NCBI GenBank assembly: GCA_035628535.1
Contig: DASPJQ010000833.1
Coordinates: 1 to 38,586 of the forward strand
Direction of reading: 5' to 3'
Source of the DNA: Flavobacteriales bacterium
Lineage (GTDB): Bacteria; Bacteroidota; Bacteroidia; Flavobacteriales_D; UBA2798
Length of the DNA stretch: 38,586 bases
Shown: piece after piece, positions 26,825 through 34,723 of the stretch
How positions within the stretch are numbered: the first letter of the stretch is position 1
Layout of the letters: the number at the start of each line of letters is the position of its first letter
The notes under the pieces: model-generated
The model's database searches: none
What the model was told of the DNA's origin: nothing
Seen by the model: only the letters and a program-made list of their open reading frames with translations
Translations under genes and position numbers: made by a program

Positions 26825-27480
26825 TGCTTGGAGACCTAAAAGCCATATTGTCCGAGAAAAGTTTTGTGCTGTACACACGGCCCTACGAACTGAATATTGT
26901 GGGCCTGCGGGGCAATTCCACGGTGCCAAACAGGTTTGATGACCAGATACACGTGTTCTATAAAACCGGGCCTGTAGCGTGGAATTACCATGTTTACAAC
27001 GCCACCACAGATCCGGGTACCTACTGGCTGAAAAACCCAATGATGCAAAAAGGCACTGCCATACTTGAGCAGGGACAATACCTGAACTGCTATGCACTGG
27101 GAATGCACAGGGGCGAATACAATGCGCTGGTACAGGTTGGGCCGGTGGTGGTCATAAGGGATTATGACCGCGATGCGGTGCTGGACTTTTTCAATGGCTC
27201 GCGTGACAAGGGCTATCATGGTATAAACATCCACCGCGCTTCTGTGAACGGTACAACAAAATACGTTGACAAATATTCTGCCGGGTGCCAGGTCTTTGAG
27301 AACGCCAGTGATTTCAACCAGTTTATACGGCTTTGCGGTGAGCATTCCACGCGTTACGGAAACCGCTTTACCTATACCCTGCTTGATTTCAGAAGCGTGC
27401 AAAGGCAAAAACTAAAGCGCATAGCTGTGGGTTCTCTATTCGCTGCTTCGGGCCTTACAGCTTACATCTATTTGAGTTAA
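26824..27480 (+). CDS. putative cell-wall peptidase with YkuD-like His/Cys motif and C-terminal TM anchor
   Basis: GINIHRAS...KYSAGCQVF resembles the L,D-transpeptidase-fold catalytic H...GC motif. The C-terminal helix is IAVGSLFAASGLTAYIYL. The TAATG start overlaps the amidase stop. Confidence 0.5.
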   Translation: MLGDLKAILSEKSFVLYTRPYELNIVGLRGNSTVPNRFDDQIHVFYKTGPVAWNYHVYNATTDPGTYWLKNPMMQKGTAILEQGQYLNCYALGMHRGEYNALVQVGPVVVIRDYDRDAVLDFFNGSRDKGYHGINIHRASVNGTTKYVDKYSAGCQVFENASDFNQFIRLCGEHSTRYGNRFTYTLLDFRSVQRQKLKRIAVGSLFAASGLTAYIYLS

Positions 27481-27499
27481 ACTTTTAAATCCATACACA

Positions 27500-27721
27500 A
27501 TGAAACAAAACGAAAAAAACAAAACAAAACGCGATGAACTGAATGCCTTCCTTGATGAACTCAGCCAAATCCTGCTTGGTTCACTCAGGGAAATTCTTTC
27601 AACTGAGCCGTCAAGGGAACAACAGTCACCGCCATCGCCTGAACCCCCGCTGGTGATACAGGTCGTTTTCAAACCAAAGAAAGGGGGAATTCTGCGCAGG
27701 TTTATCAACTGGCTCTGGTAA
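27500..27721 (+). CDS. small hypothetical protein
   Basis: This 73-aa product has a charged N-terminus and an SPPSPEPP segment. It is adjacent to the next start. Confidence 0.4.
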   Translation: MKQNEKNKTKRDELNAFLDELSQILLGSLREILSTEPSREQQSPPSPEPPLVIQVVFKPKKGGILRRFINWLW

Positions 27722-27970
27722 ATGAAAAAGGGCTTTGACATTTTAAGGGACAAGAACGGGTATTTCAATATCCGGGAAACAGTGACGCTTGTATTTGTTG
27801 TTGTGATCCTTGTTAGCTGGATTGGGCAGCAGTTCTTCGGACTTGCTGTACCGGAATATATATTTTACTCGTTCGTGTCCCTTGTCGGGAGTGGCTGTTT
27901 TGGATACTCCTTTGAACGAAAACAGATAAAAAACAAATTCAAAAATTTAAAAGAAGATGACAGCGATTAA
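27722..27970 (+). CDS. holin-like two-TM protein
   Basis: Two TM helices (TLVFVVVILVSWIG and IFYSFVSLVGSGCFGY) precede a highly charged tail (KQIKNKFKNLKEDDSD). It sits within the lysis block. Confidence 0.45.
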   Translation: MKKGFDILRDKNGYFNIRETVTLVFVVVILVSWIGQQFFGLAVPEYIFYSFVSLVGSGCFGYSFERKQIKNKFKNLKEDDSD

Positions 27971-28604
27971 ACAATTATTATTTACCGCACTTGCATTAAG
28001 CCTTTTGGTGAGCCTGTATTTCTTTTCCTGCTCCCCGGCTAATGATCCTTCCACTCCCAGCACAAACGTCCCTGCAAAGCAGATCAGGGCAAAGCAACAA
28101 AACATTGCAAAGGTTTATCAGCTAAGGGCGCAAGGGCTACAGGCCAAAAATGACAGCCTGCAAATGCAGATTTCTCGTAGCCAAGTCGATTTAAAAGTAT
28201 TGCGCAAACAAGTACGCGAATTGAAATTTTCGCTTTCTCAAAAACTGAAGGTTAAAACTGAAAATGATACGGGACAGTTGGCACCAGAACGCGCTAGTTT
28301 AAAAACGGAAGTGGCCAGCCTCATTAGTTTAACAGACCAGCAGGACAGTATTTGCCAGCAAACTATCGGGCAATACCAGCAGCTTGTATCAGTTAAGGAC
28401 ACAATCATTCAAAGCTGTATGTACCGCACATTTCAGACTGACAGCCTGCTTTCCGAATCACTGGGAGTACAGCTTCAACTGGAAAAACAGTTTAATGCGC
28501 AGGCCAGACAGCTAAAAAGAAGAGGGAATGCCGTCAGTGCTTTAAGTGCCGGGCTGCTTGTATTCTCTACTTCGTCACTCATTCTTCTGTTAACCCGCCA
28601 CTAA
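27957..28604 (+). CDS. unimolecular-spanin-like protein (lipoprotein signal, coiled coil, C-terminal TM)
   Basis: It has an N-terminal signal with Cys (LLVSLYFFSCSP), a long Gln/Leu-rich coiled coil and a terminal TM helix (LSAGLLVFSTSSLILLL). Confidence 0.45.
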   Translation: MTAIKQLLFTALALSLLVSLYFFSCSPANDPSTPSTNVPAKQIRAKQQNIAKVYQLRAQGLQAKNDSLQMQISRSQVDLKVLRKQVRELKFSLSQKLKVKTENDTGQLAPERASLKTEVASLISLTDQQDSICQQTIGQYQQLVSVKDTIIQSCMYRTFQTDSLLSESLGVQLQLEKQFNAQARQLKRRGNAVSALSAGLLVFSTSSLILLLTRH

Positions 28605-28610
28605 AAAAAT

Positions 28611-28793
28611 ATGAAGGAAAAATTGATTGTTTCCTCCTGTTCCCTGATCGCCTCGCTGGCCTGTTATTTCTATGCCCGGCATGTAGGTAAGGATGAAGTG
28701 CCCTATGTGATGATTGGCGGCTTTATCGGGGCTTACATCGGGGAAACGCTGGTAAGTTTCATCAGTAAAGACAACGATAATAACCCTGACTGA
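28611..28793 (+). CDS. small two-TM membrane protein
   Basis: IVSSCSLIASLACYFY and VMIGGFIGAYIGETLV are followed by an acidic tail. Confidence 0.4.
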   Translation: MKEKLIVSSCSLIASLACYFYARHVGKDEVPYVMIGGFIGAYIGETLVSFISKDNDNNPD

Positions 28794-28800
28794 AAACGCT

Positions 28801-29565
28801 ATGGCTATAAAAATTACAGACCAAGGTTCCAACCTCAAAATTGAAGTTGATGATTCGGCAAGGCTGGTTGCAAAGTCTTCGGTAAAAAGTGTTGCCATTA
28901 TCGGGGATTTTATCAAGATTCAAAGTGACGCATGTTGCGCGCCCTGGGATTATTTGCCTTTCAGTGAAATCAACGAACCGGAAACTGAAACCATTGAGCA
29001 AATGCGCGATGCAATAGGCGACCTGTTATTTCAGTACCAACCCTCAACACCAACGGAGGCCGGACTAGCAACCGAGGCCCGGCAAAATGAAGCTATTGGC
29101 AAGCTGGAGGAGATAAAGACTACAATTACAACCAACCTTTCGGGAAAAGCTACCGAGGCATTGCAGAACGACCAGGCAACCGCGCTGCAAAATATTTTCA
29201 CGCTTCTGGGAGCAATCCAGACCACTGTCACCAGCGCAGCGGCCGCGCAGGCTACCATTGGTAAGCAAAATGATACCATCACCTTAATTAGCAACCTTGG
29301 CGCACAGCTCACCTTGCTACAGGGGCTTTTGATTTCGCTCATTGATGAACACCTGTTTTTGCTGCCTCCTTCGCGCACAGAGGACGTAACTGCTGAATTA
29401 CGCTATGAAGGTTTTGCCTTGCCCGGCTCACTCGATGCTGCGCCTGTCTGGGCAATCCGAAAACGGGCTGTATTCCCGCCTAACATAGTGGTTTATTCCT
29501 GGGCAGCCGGCTCGCGGACTAAATCACAGGTTTGGAACAATCGCGCAATGCTGGCCTATATGTAG
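28801..29565 (+). CDS. fibre/spike-like protein with three-fold ATEA(R/L)QN-type repeats
   Basis: The central segments ATEARQNEAIGKLEEIKTTITTNL, ATEALQNDQATALQNIFTLLGAIQTTVTS and ATIGKQNDTITLISNLGAQLTLLQ resemble repeats seen in phage fibre proteins. The C-terminal domain is beta-rich. Confidence 0.5.
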   Translation: MAIKITDQGSNLKIEVDDSARLVAKSSVKSVAIIGDFIKIQSDACCAPWDYLPFSEINEPETETIEQMRDAIGDLLFQYQPSTPTEAGLATEARQNEAIGKLEEIKTTITTNLSGKATEALQNDQATALQNIFTLLGAIQTTVTSAAAAQATIGKQNDTITLISNLGAQLTLLQGLLISLIDEHLFLLPPSRTEDVTAELRYEGFALPGSLDAAPVWAIRKRAVFPPNIVVYSWAAGSRTKSQVWNNRAMLAYM

Positions 29566-29605
29566 AATTTTTTACTCAATTATCTAACCTCTTAACACCA
29601 TTCAC

Positions 29606-30019
29606 ATGAAATCAAAAAGTAAATCCCGCAAATGTGCAACACCCCTGCATATCCGGCAGGCTGGTCATAACCTGAAGGTCAGGCACAGTTCAAAGGCGGG
29701 AACAATTCTTGCCACACTTGGCAAACGCGACAAGATCAGGCGTGTCAATGCCGGGTGCGTGGACGGGCTGGCAGGGGTGGTAAAACTCAAAACCACCCGA
29801 ACAAAGAATGCCACCAAAACCCTGTATGCTGTACCTGTCAGCGAATTTAAAAAAATTCAGGGATGTTCGATGAAAACTACGCGTAAAGGCCGCAGGCTTG
29901 CAGGTACAACAGGCGGAACTTTCAGCCTGAGTGCAAAACAAAAGCGTAACCTGCCTCCTCAACTGCAAAAGGCAATTATCAACCATCACCGAAAGCAAGG
30001 TAAACGAATTGTGAATTAA
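29606..30019 (+). CDS. highly basic Lys/Arg-rich protein (possible nucleic-acid-binding)
   Basis: This 137-aa product is very rich in K/R throughout (KSKSKSRK, KGRRLAG, HHRKQGKR). A strong terminator follows it. Confidence 0.5.
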   Translation: MKSKSKSRKCATPLHIRQAGHNLKVRHSSKAGTILATLGKRDKIRRVNAGCVDGLAGVVKLKTTRTKNATKTLYAVPVSEFKKIQGCSMKTTRKGRRLAGTTGGTFSLSAKQKRNLPPQLQKAIINHHRKQGKRIVN

Positions 30020-30027
30020 TCACCAAC

Positions 30028-30070
30028 AACCTGCTGCAATGAAATAGTTGCAGCAGGTTTTAATCTTTTG
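30028..30070 (+). terminator. rho-independent terminator
   Basis: A perfect 12-bp stem (aacctgctgcaa/ttgcagcaggtt) with an 8-nt loop is followed by a T-rich tail. Confidence 0.75.
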
Positions 30071-30073
30071 AAC

Positions 30074-30673
30074 ATGCAGCAGGAAGAAAACTTAAACCAG
30101 CAGGTCAGGGAGGAAATCAAAAAGCTGAAAGAGGAATTAGGATACAAAAGCCTCTCAGGTGACAAGCCTGATAAAACACCCGAAGCTGAAAACGAAGGTG
30201 AGAAGATAACCGAAGGCCCTCATATTCCTCAGATGAAACTCTCCTATAACCGCCCGCCTTTAACCGATATGGTCCAGATCGACCGCAGCGAGGTAGCGGC
30301 AAAATACCTGAAAGCCCTTTTTGAACCCGGCAGTATTGATCTTCAGGAACGGTTTATTGTTCTTTTTCTCAACAGGGCAAATTACGTGCTGGGTTATCAG
30401 ACGCTGGCTTTCGGGGGATTGACAAGCGTGGTAGTTGATGTAAGGCTCATACTGGCTTCGGCCATTAAGTGCCTTTGCACTTCCCTTATCCTTTGCCATA
30501 ACCATCCAAGCGGGAACTTAAAGCCCAGTACAGGCGACCGCCTTGTTACCGACCAGCTTAGAAATGCGGCCAAATACCATGAGATTTCCGTTGTAGACCA
30601 TATTATTCTCACCAGTGAAGGTTACTTCTCAATGGCTGATGAAGGAATAATTAATGCCGAATATTATGTATAA
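30074..30673 (+). CDS. radC: RadC-like JAB/MPN domain protein (DUF2466)
   Basis: FIVLFLNRANYVLGYQTLAFGGLTSVVVDVR ... LILCHNHPSGNLKPSTGD is the JAMM-like HxHPSG motif of RadC. Confidence 0.85.
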   Translation: MQQEENLNQQVREEIKKLKEELGYKSLSGDKPDKTPEAENEGEKITEGPHIPQMKLSYNRPPLTDMVQIDRSEVAAKYLKALFEPGSIDLQERFIVLFLNRANYVLGYQTLAFGGLTSVVVDVRLILASAIKCLCTSLILCHNHPSGNLKPSTGDRLVTDQLRNAAKYHEISVVDHIILTSEGYFSMADEGIINAEYYV

Positions 30674-32456
30674 AGTACAGCAATACGAAAAATACCTGCC
30701 GGAATTTACCGAATCAATGCTCCACCGTTATAATCTTCTGAAATCATTCAGCAATAATTTTAAAGAGGAAAGCGTGGCAGCGAGGGAGCTTGACAGGTTA
30801 TTGAGTGAACAACTGGAACAAAAATTCAAAGGCAGGGCGAGCAGCAGTAATCCCAAAGTGTCAACAAAACGAAATAACGGCTCAAAAACAGATGAAGCAG
30901 CAGCGTATGCAGCCATGCGTAAGTACCTGGAACCTTTGGTCGGACAGGATTACAGCATCAGGGACATTCAGGACATCGCAAAAGATTCAACGCCTGAAAT
31001 TACATTTAACATCAGGGGTGATAAAATTCATGTTACCAAACTGGCAGGCCGGAAAGTAAAATACAATTTCGGCCTTCGCGCATTTTATGTTCAACTGCGT
31101 GATGCGCTGGGCATTGCTCCTGCCAGCCTTCCGGAACTGGATAAAATTTCAAAACAAGAGACAACGGCGAAAAAAAAGCCTGTGCCGCAGAAAAAACAAA
31201 CGGATGCTGCCGCGGAGTCCGAAATTCTGCCAGACAAGCAGGAGAAAACCCCTGAAATGGTAGAAAGACTCAGTGAAGAGGTGCGTTTTATCAAGCGGTA
31301 TGCTTTGCTGGATGGAAAAGTAAAGACCCCTGAGCAGATGCGGGCATTTACCAATGCTGTTAGAAAGGCCATACTGGAAAAGCGCATCAGGAAGTTTTCG
31401 CCCTATGCCGAACAGATCATTTACATTCAGGACAGGCTTGTGAATTGGTGCAATTCGGTTAAAACCCCTGAAACTGTCGCAGTCAATCCCGAAGTGTTGC
31501 AGGAGTTCAGGAACATTGCCAGCACCGAACAATTGCTTCTGTCAGGAACCTATCTCAAACGGTACATGAACATTCAGGGCAAAGAACTGGACAAGGAAAA
31601 AGCCGGGCGCCTGCACGATCTAATTAAAAAAGCAATTCAGCAGGATAAGATCACCAAAAGCGATCCATACCGCCAAAGGCTCGAAAATGCCCTTAAATCG
31701 CTTCACAGATTCGTAAAATCGGCCAAGGCTACCGATACCCTCAAAATGCACCCAACGGCCTTAAATGGCATAAAAACGGCCCTTGAAGGCTGTCCCTGTG
31801 AGGAGGAGGATTTGGGATACATGGGAAAAAAGGCCGGGGCACATGCAGGTGTTACGCCACATGTGCCCCAAATAGTAATAAGCAGCGTTGATTTTGAAAA
31901 CTTTCAAATCCAGACCCTCGGCCTTTTTGGCCGCTGGTATAATTTTATCGGAGATGCCAGCCGGGGATTCAATGCCATGATCTTTGGCAAACCCAAGCTG
32001 GGAAAAACCTACCTCGCTATTGACTTCGCAGGCTATCTGGCTCATTTTTTCGGTCCTGTTTTGTACGTAACAAGGGAGGAAGGGTTTAGCGGAACGTTCC
32101 AGCAAAAGATCATCGAACAGGGCGTGGCTCACCCGGAGTTATATATTGCCAGCGAAATACCGGAAGATTTTGCCCCTTATGATTTTGTATTTTTTGATTC
32201 GGCAACCAGGTTAAACTTTGTTCCCGGTGATATCGGCCATTACAAGCGTCTTTATCCTGGCAAAACCTTCGTGTACGTGTTTCAGGCCACCAAAGACGGT
32301 AATTTCAGGGGCTCGCAGGAGTTTGAGCATGATGTAGACGTTGTTATTGAAGTTTATGATCTTGGTAAAGCGCGGCAGTATGGCAGATTCAATCAGGGCA
32401 GTGAGATGAATATTTTCGACAATGACGAAACGATAGATTTTCAGCAGGCTGCGTAA
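30654..32456 (+). CDS. 600-aa protein with C-terminal RecA/RadA-like P-loop ATPase domain (replication/recombination candidate)
   Basis: Walker A is GKPKLGKT and Walker B is YDFVFFDS. The RadA/Sms-like strand FQATKDGNFRGSQEFEHDVDVVIEV is present. I recognised nothing in the N-terminal ~400 aa. Confidence 0.65.
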   Translation: MPNIMYKVQQYEKYLPEFTESMLHRYNLLKSFSNNFKEESVAARELDRLLSEQLEQKFKGRASSSNPKVSTKRNNGSKTDEAAAYAAMRKYLEPLVGQDYSIRDIQDIAKDSTPEITFNIRGDKIHVTKLAGRKVKYNFGLRAFYVQLRDALGIAPASLPELDKISKQETTAKKKPVPQKKQTDAAAESEILPDKQEKTPEMVERLSEEVRFIKRYALLDGKVKTPEQMRAFTNAVRKAILEKRIRKFSPYAEQIIYIQDRLVNWCNSVKTPETVAVNPEVLQEFRNIASTEQLLLSGTYLKRYMNIQGKELDKEKAGRLHDLIKKAIQQDKITKSDPYRQRLENALKSLHRFVKSAKATDTLKMHPTALNGIKTALEGCPCEEEDLGYMGKKAGAHAGVTPHVPQIVISSVDFENFQIQTLGLFGRWYNFIGDASRGFNAMIFGKPKLGKTYLAIDFAGYLAHFFGPVLYVTREEGFSGTFQQKIIEQGVAHPELYIASEIPEDFAPYDFVFFDSATRLNFVPGDIGHYKRLYPGKTFVYVFQATKDGNFRGSQEFEHDVDVVIEVYDLGKARQYGRFNQGSEMNIFDNDETIDFQQAA

Positions 32457-32489
32457 ATGCAGCATAACGTTCTTTGAAATATTGACATA

Positions 32490-32535
32490 TAAGTATATAC
32501 TTGCAGTAAGTTTTCATAGTTTGAAGAAGGTTAGG
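32490..32535 (-). repeat. degenerate copy (S2) of the xis-like gene 3-prime-end repeat family
   Basis: aagtatatacttgcagtaagttttcatagtttgaagaaggttag has a minus-strand reading NLLQTMKTYCKYILICQYFKER, compared with ...KVLHRYILYSWYKRQ in copy A. It shares agtatatac with copy A and agttttcata...gaagaag.ttag with S1. Confidence 0.4.
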
Positions 32536-32562
32536 CGGGTTTTTCGTCTAACCTTTTTCTTT
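32528..32562 (+). terminator. possible rho-independent terminator after the rightward gene block
   Basis: A 7-bp stem (aggttag/ctaacct) with a 13-nt loop is followed by ttttcttt. Confidence 0.45.
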
Positions 32563-32731
32563 GAAGTGAGATTTTACTAATTAATATAAATTATCAAAAG
32601 GTAAATTTTGTATCAAAAAAAGTAAAGTGTCTAGTTTTCTCCTCATCATAAATCATGATTTTTTTGCTTTTTTTTGTAAAAATTTTGAATTTAACGATCA
32701 AAATACTCTTTTTGAAGTAAATTCTATTATC

Positions 32732-33187
32732 ATGAAGAAAGTACTTTTGATGCTGATTGGGCTTTTCGCTCTAAACATTCATGTGAAATCTCAAACGACC
32801 TTTCACAACGCTTATGTAACCAGGTTGTATTTTGTTGATTCAGCAGACAACTTGCTGTGGCTTCAACCCTCCGAAATCTGGATGACAGTAGACGATTCTG
32901 CGGCTGTTTCGGGATTTTCCAATCATATGGATATGTATTATACCATCGTTGATGAAATGGACCTTACGGGAGTTGACAACCCTGTTATTCCTGAAGAAGA
33001 AAGACTTTCTTGTGCATATGCAAGATGGCTATTTGGAAAAAGTAAGGTCTCTTGTTTGCCTTGGATAGCCACTGGCGGCTGTTTTTTATGCGGATACTGT
33101 GGCAATTCGTCTTTGAATGATGCTTGTGCTATCGATATGGGCAATGGAGTTGTACAAATTGCTCCTGATGGAGATTTTAAATTTTAA
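32732..33187 (+). CDS. small secreted Cys-rich protein
   Basis: It has a signal peptide (MKKVLLMLIGLFALNIHVKSQ) and a C-terminal Cys cluster (CLPWIATGGCFLCGYCGNSSLNDAC). The gene is very AT-rich. Confidence 0.55.
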   Translation: MKKVLLMLIGLFALNIHVKSQTTFHNAYVTRLYFVDSADNLLWLQPSEIWMTVDDSAAVSGFSNHMDMYYTIVDEMDLTGVDNPVIPEEERLSCAYARWLFGKSKVSCLPWIATGGCFLCGYCGNSSLNDACAIDMGNGVVQIAPDGDFKF

Positions 33188-33207
33188 TAAAAATACATTA
33201 ATTCAAT

Positions 33208-34716
33208 TTGTTTCGGATTCTATTCATAATTTTCTTAACTGTTTCTAATGCTTTTTCACAAACCAAGAGTATTATAAGTATTCTTGATGCGGGAAACTGC
33301 AACAGTGTCATGATGTATGATGACTTTACGGATACTTTGTGTAAAAAATATGGGTTCAAGCATTTGTATTTAATTAAAGATGTCAGAAGAGAAGAACTAT
33401 TGGAATTTTCCGAAAAACTCTTTTCAAAACGGATTGATACATCACAAATAGTTAGTGAGCAATTAAGCAAGAAGTTGCATATTGACCAAATTCAATCTTT
33501 TTCAGTCGCTATAATTATTGATGAAAAAATAGTAAAAGTACTGCCATTTGATAAAATCTCGGATTTGGCGTTACTAAATGCTCTGGATTTCAATAACGCT
33601 GGAGCACCATTAGTAGCAAAAAAGAACATTATCAAAGATTCGATTACATTGTCAAACAGGAAAAAATATAGGTTATCAAAAAGAATACGACTTTCAGAAT
33701 CCAGTTCAATAGTCAAAAGAGGATCAAGTATGTACATTCTTGATCCTCTTTTTAGAGAAGAAGTATATAAAATTAATCTTTCGGATACTGCATTTTTATT
33801 GACGCAAAAAATCAAGCCGTTAATTAATTATGATAGTTTGCATTATTATTATTACAAGCACTTGATTCCTCAAAACAAGCGGTTGTATGATACGATTATA
33901 GCTTTGTATCGTTCAGATATAAGCCAAGCCCCATATCGTTTAATAATGCACCAAATATATTATTATGAGTCTTATATATATCTTTTGGGTGCTGTCGAAT
34001 TGTTTACTTACGTTGAAGGAAAATTCGAGTCTGGTAATCATAACTTAGTAATTAAGTTGGATAGCAATTTACATTTTGTCAATTATTATTTTGATCCGAA
34101 ATTTGAATATAACGGTTATTTTCCATTCTTTGTAGGTCGGTCATCCGTTCGTAATAATGATGCTACCGTTTATGCACTAGCTGTTAAAGCCCGGAACGAA
34201 GTGATAAGCGTTAAAAAGAATATGATATACAAATATGATGAGAATAATCATCATTTGGTTGCGGTTAATAAAGATACTCTGGTTATTCCCATAAGTTTAA
34301 GTGGTAAATTTAGTTCTAATGTTATAAGCTCCTTTTTTAACCTTAATGACTTTGAGCAGCCAGTATGGTTTGTTGACCCGTTTCTTTATCTTTATTATCC
34401 AATGGATTCGGTTTATCTGGATTTGCTAAACGATACGCTTATAAAAGCGCTTCCGGCAATCGCTTACACGAGTAATAATTTAGGACCTTTTTACAACAGT
34501 GTTGTAAAAACTGGCTCTGTAGTCCATTTGGTAGGGGATTATTTGAACTTCTCCTTTTCTTTTTCTGTTGATATATCAAACAAAAAGGTTATTCAAAAGC
34601 AAAAATACCCGTTGCTGAGCAAATTCAAAATTCGTTTGATTTGCGATTCGGATGGTAACCGTGTTTTCATCCCACTTAATTCGGGCCCGTCAAATGATTT
34701 GATTTATTATGATTAA
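33208..34716 (+). CDS. secreted hypothetical protein (502 aa)
   Basis: It has a signal peptide (ILFIIFLTVSNAFSQ) and a TTG start per the ORF track. It is AT-rich with Asn/Tyr/Lys-biased composition and no motifs I recognised. Confidence 0.55.
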   Translation: MFRILFIIFLTVSNAFSQTKSIISILDAGNCNSVMMYDDFTDTLCKKYGFKHLYLIKDVRREELLEFSEKLFSKRIDTSQIVSEQLSKKLHIDQIQSFSVAIIIDEKIVKVLPFDKISDLALLNALDFNNAGAPLVAKKNIIKDSITLSNRKKYRLSKRIRLSESSSIVKRGSSMYILDPLFREEVYKINLSDTAFLLTQKIKPLINYDSLHYYYYKHLIPQNKRLYDTIIALYRSDISQAPYRLIMHQIYYYESYIYLLGAVELFTYVEGKFESGNHNLVIKLDSNLHFVNYYFDPKFEYNGYFPFFVGRSSVRNNDATVYALAVKARNEVISVKKNMIYKYDENNHHLVAVNKDTLVIPISLSGKFSSNVISSFFNLNDFEQPVWFVDPFLYLYYPMDSVYLDLLNDTLIKALPAIAYTSNNLGPFYNSVVKTGSVVHLVGDYLNFSFSFSVDISNKKVIQKQKYPLLSKFKIRLICDSDGNRVFIPLNSGPSNDLIYYD

Positions 34717-34723
34717 TTAAGAA

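Noticed and set aside
26543-27408. Two minus-strand ORFs of 184 and 190 aa lie opposite the amidase and YkuD-like genes.
   Set aside because: The plus-strand products carry clear enzyme motifs, and the antisense frames have none.
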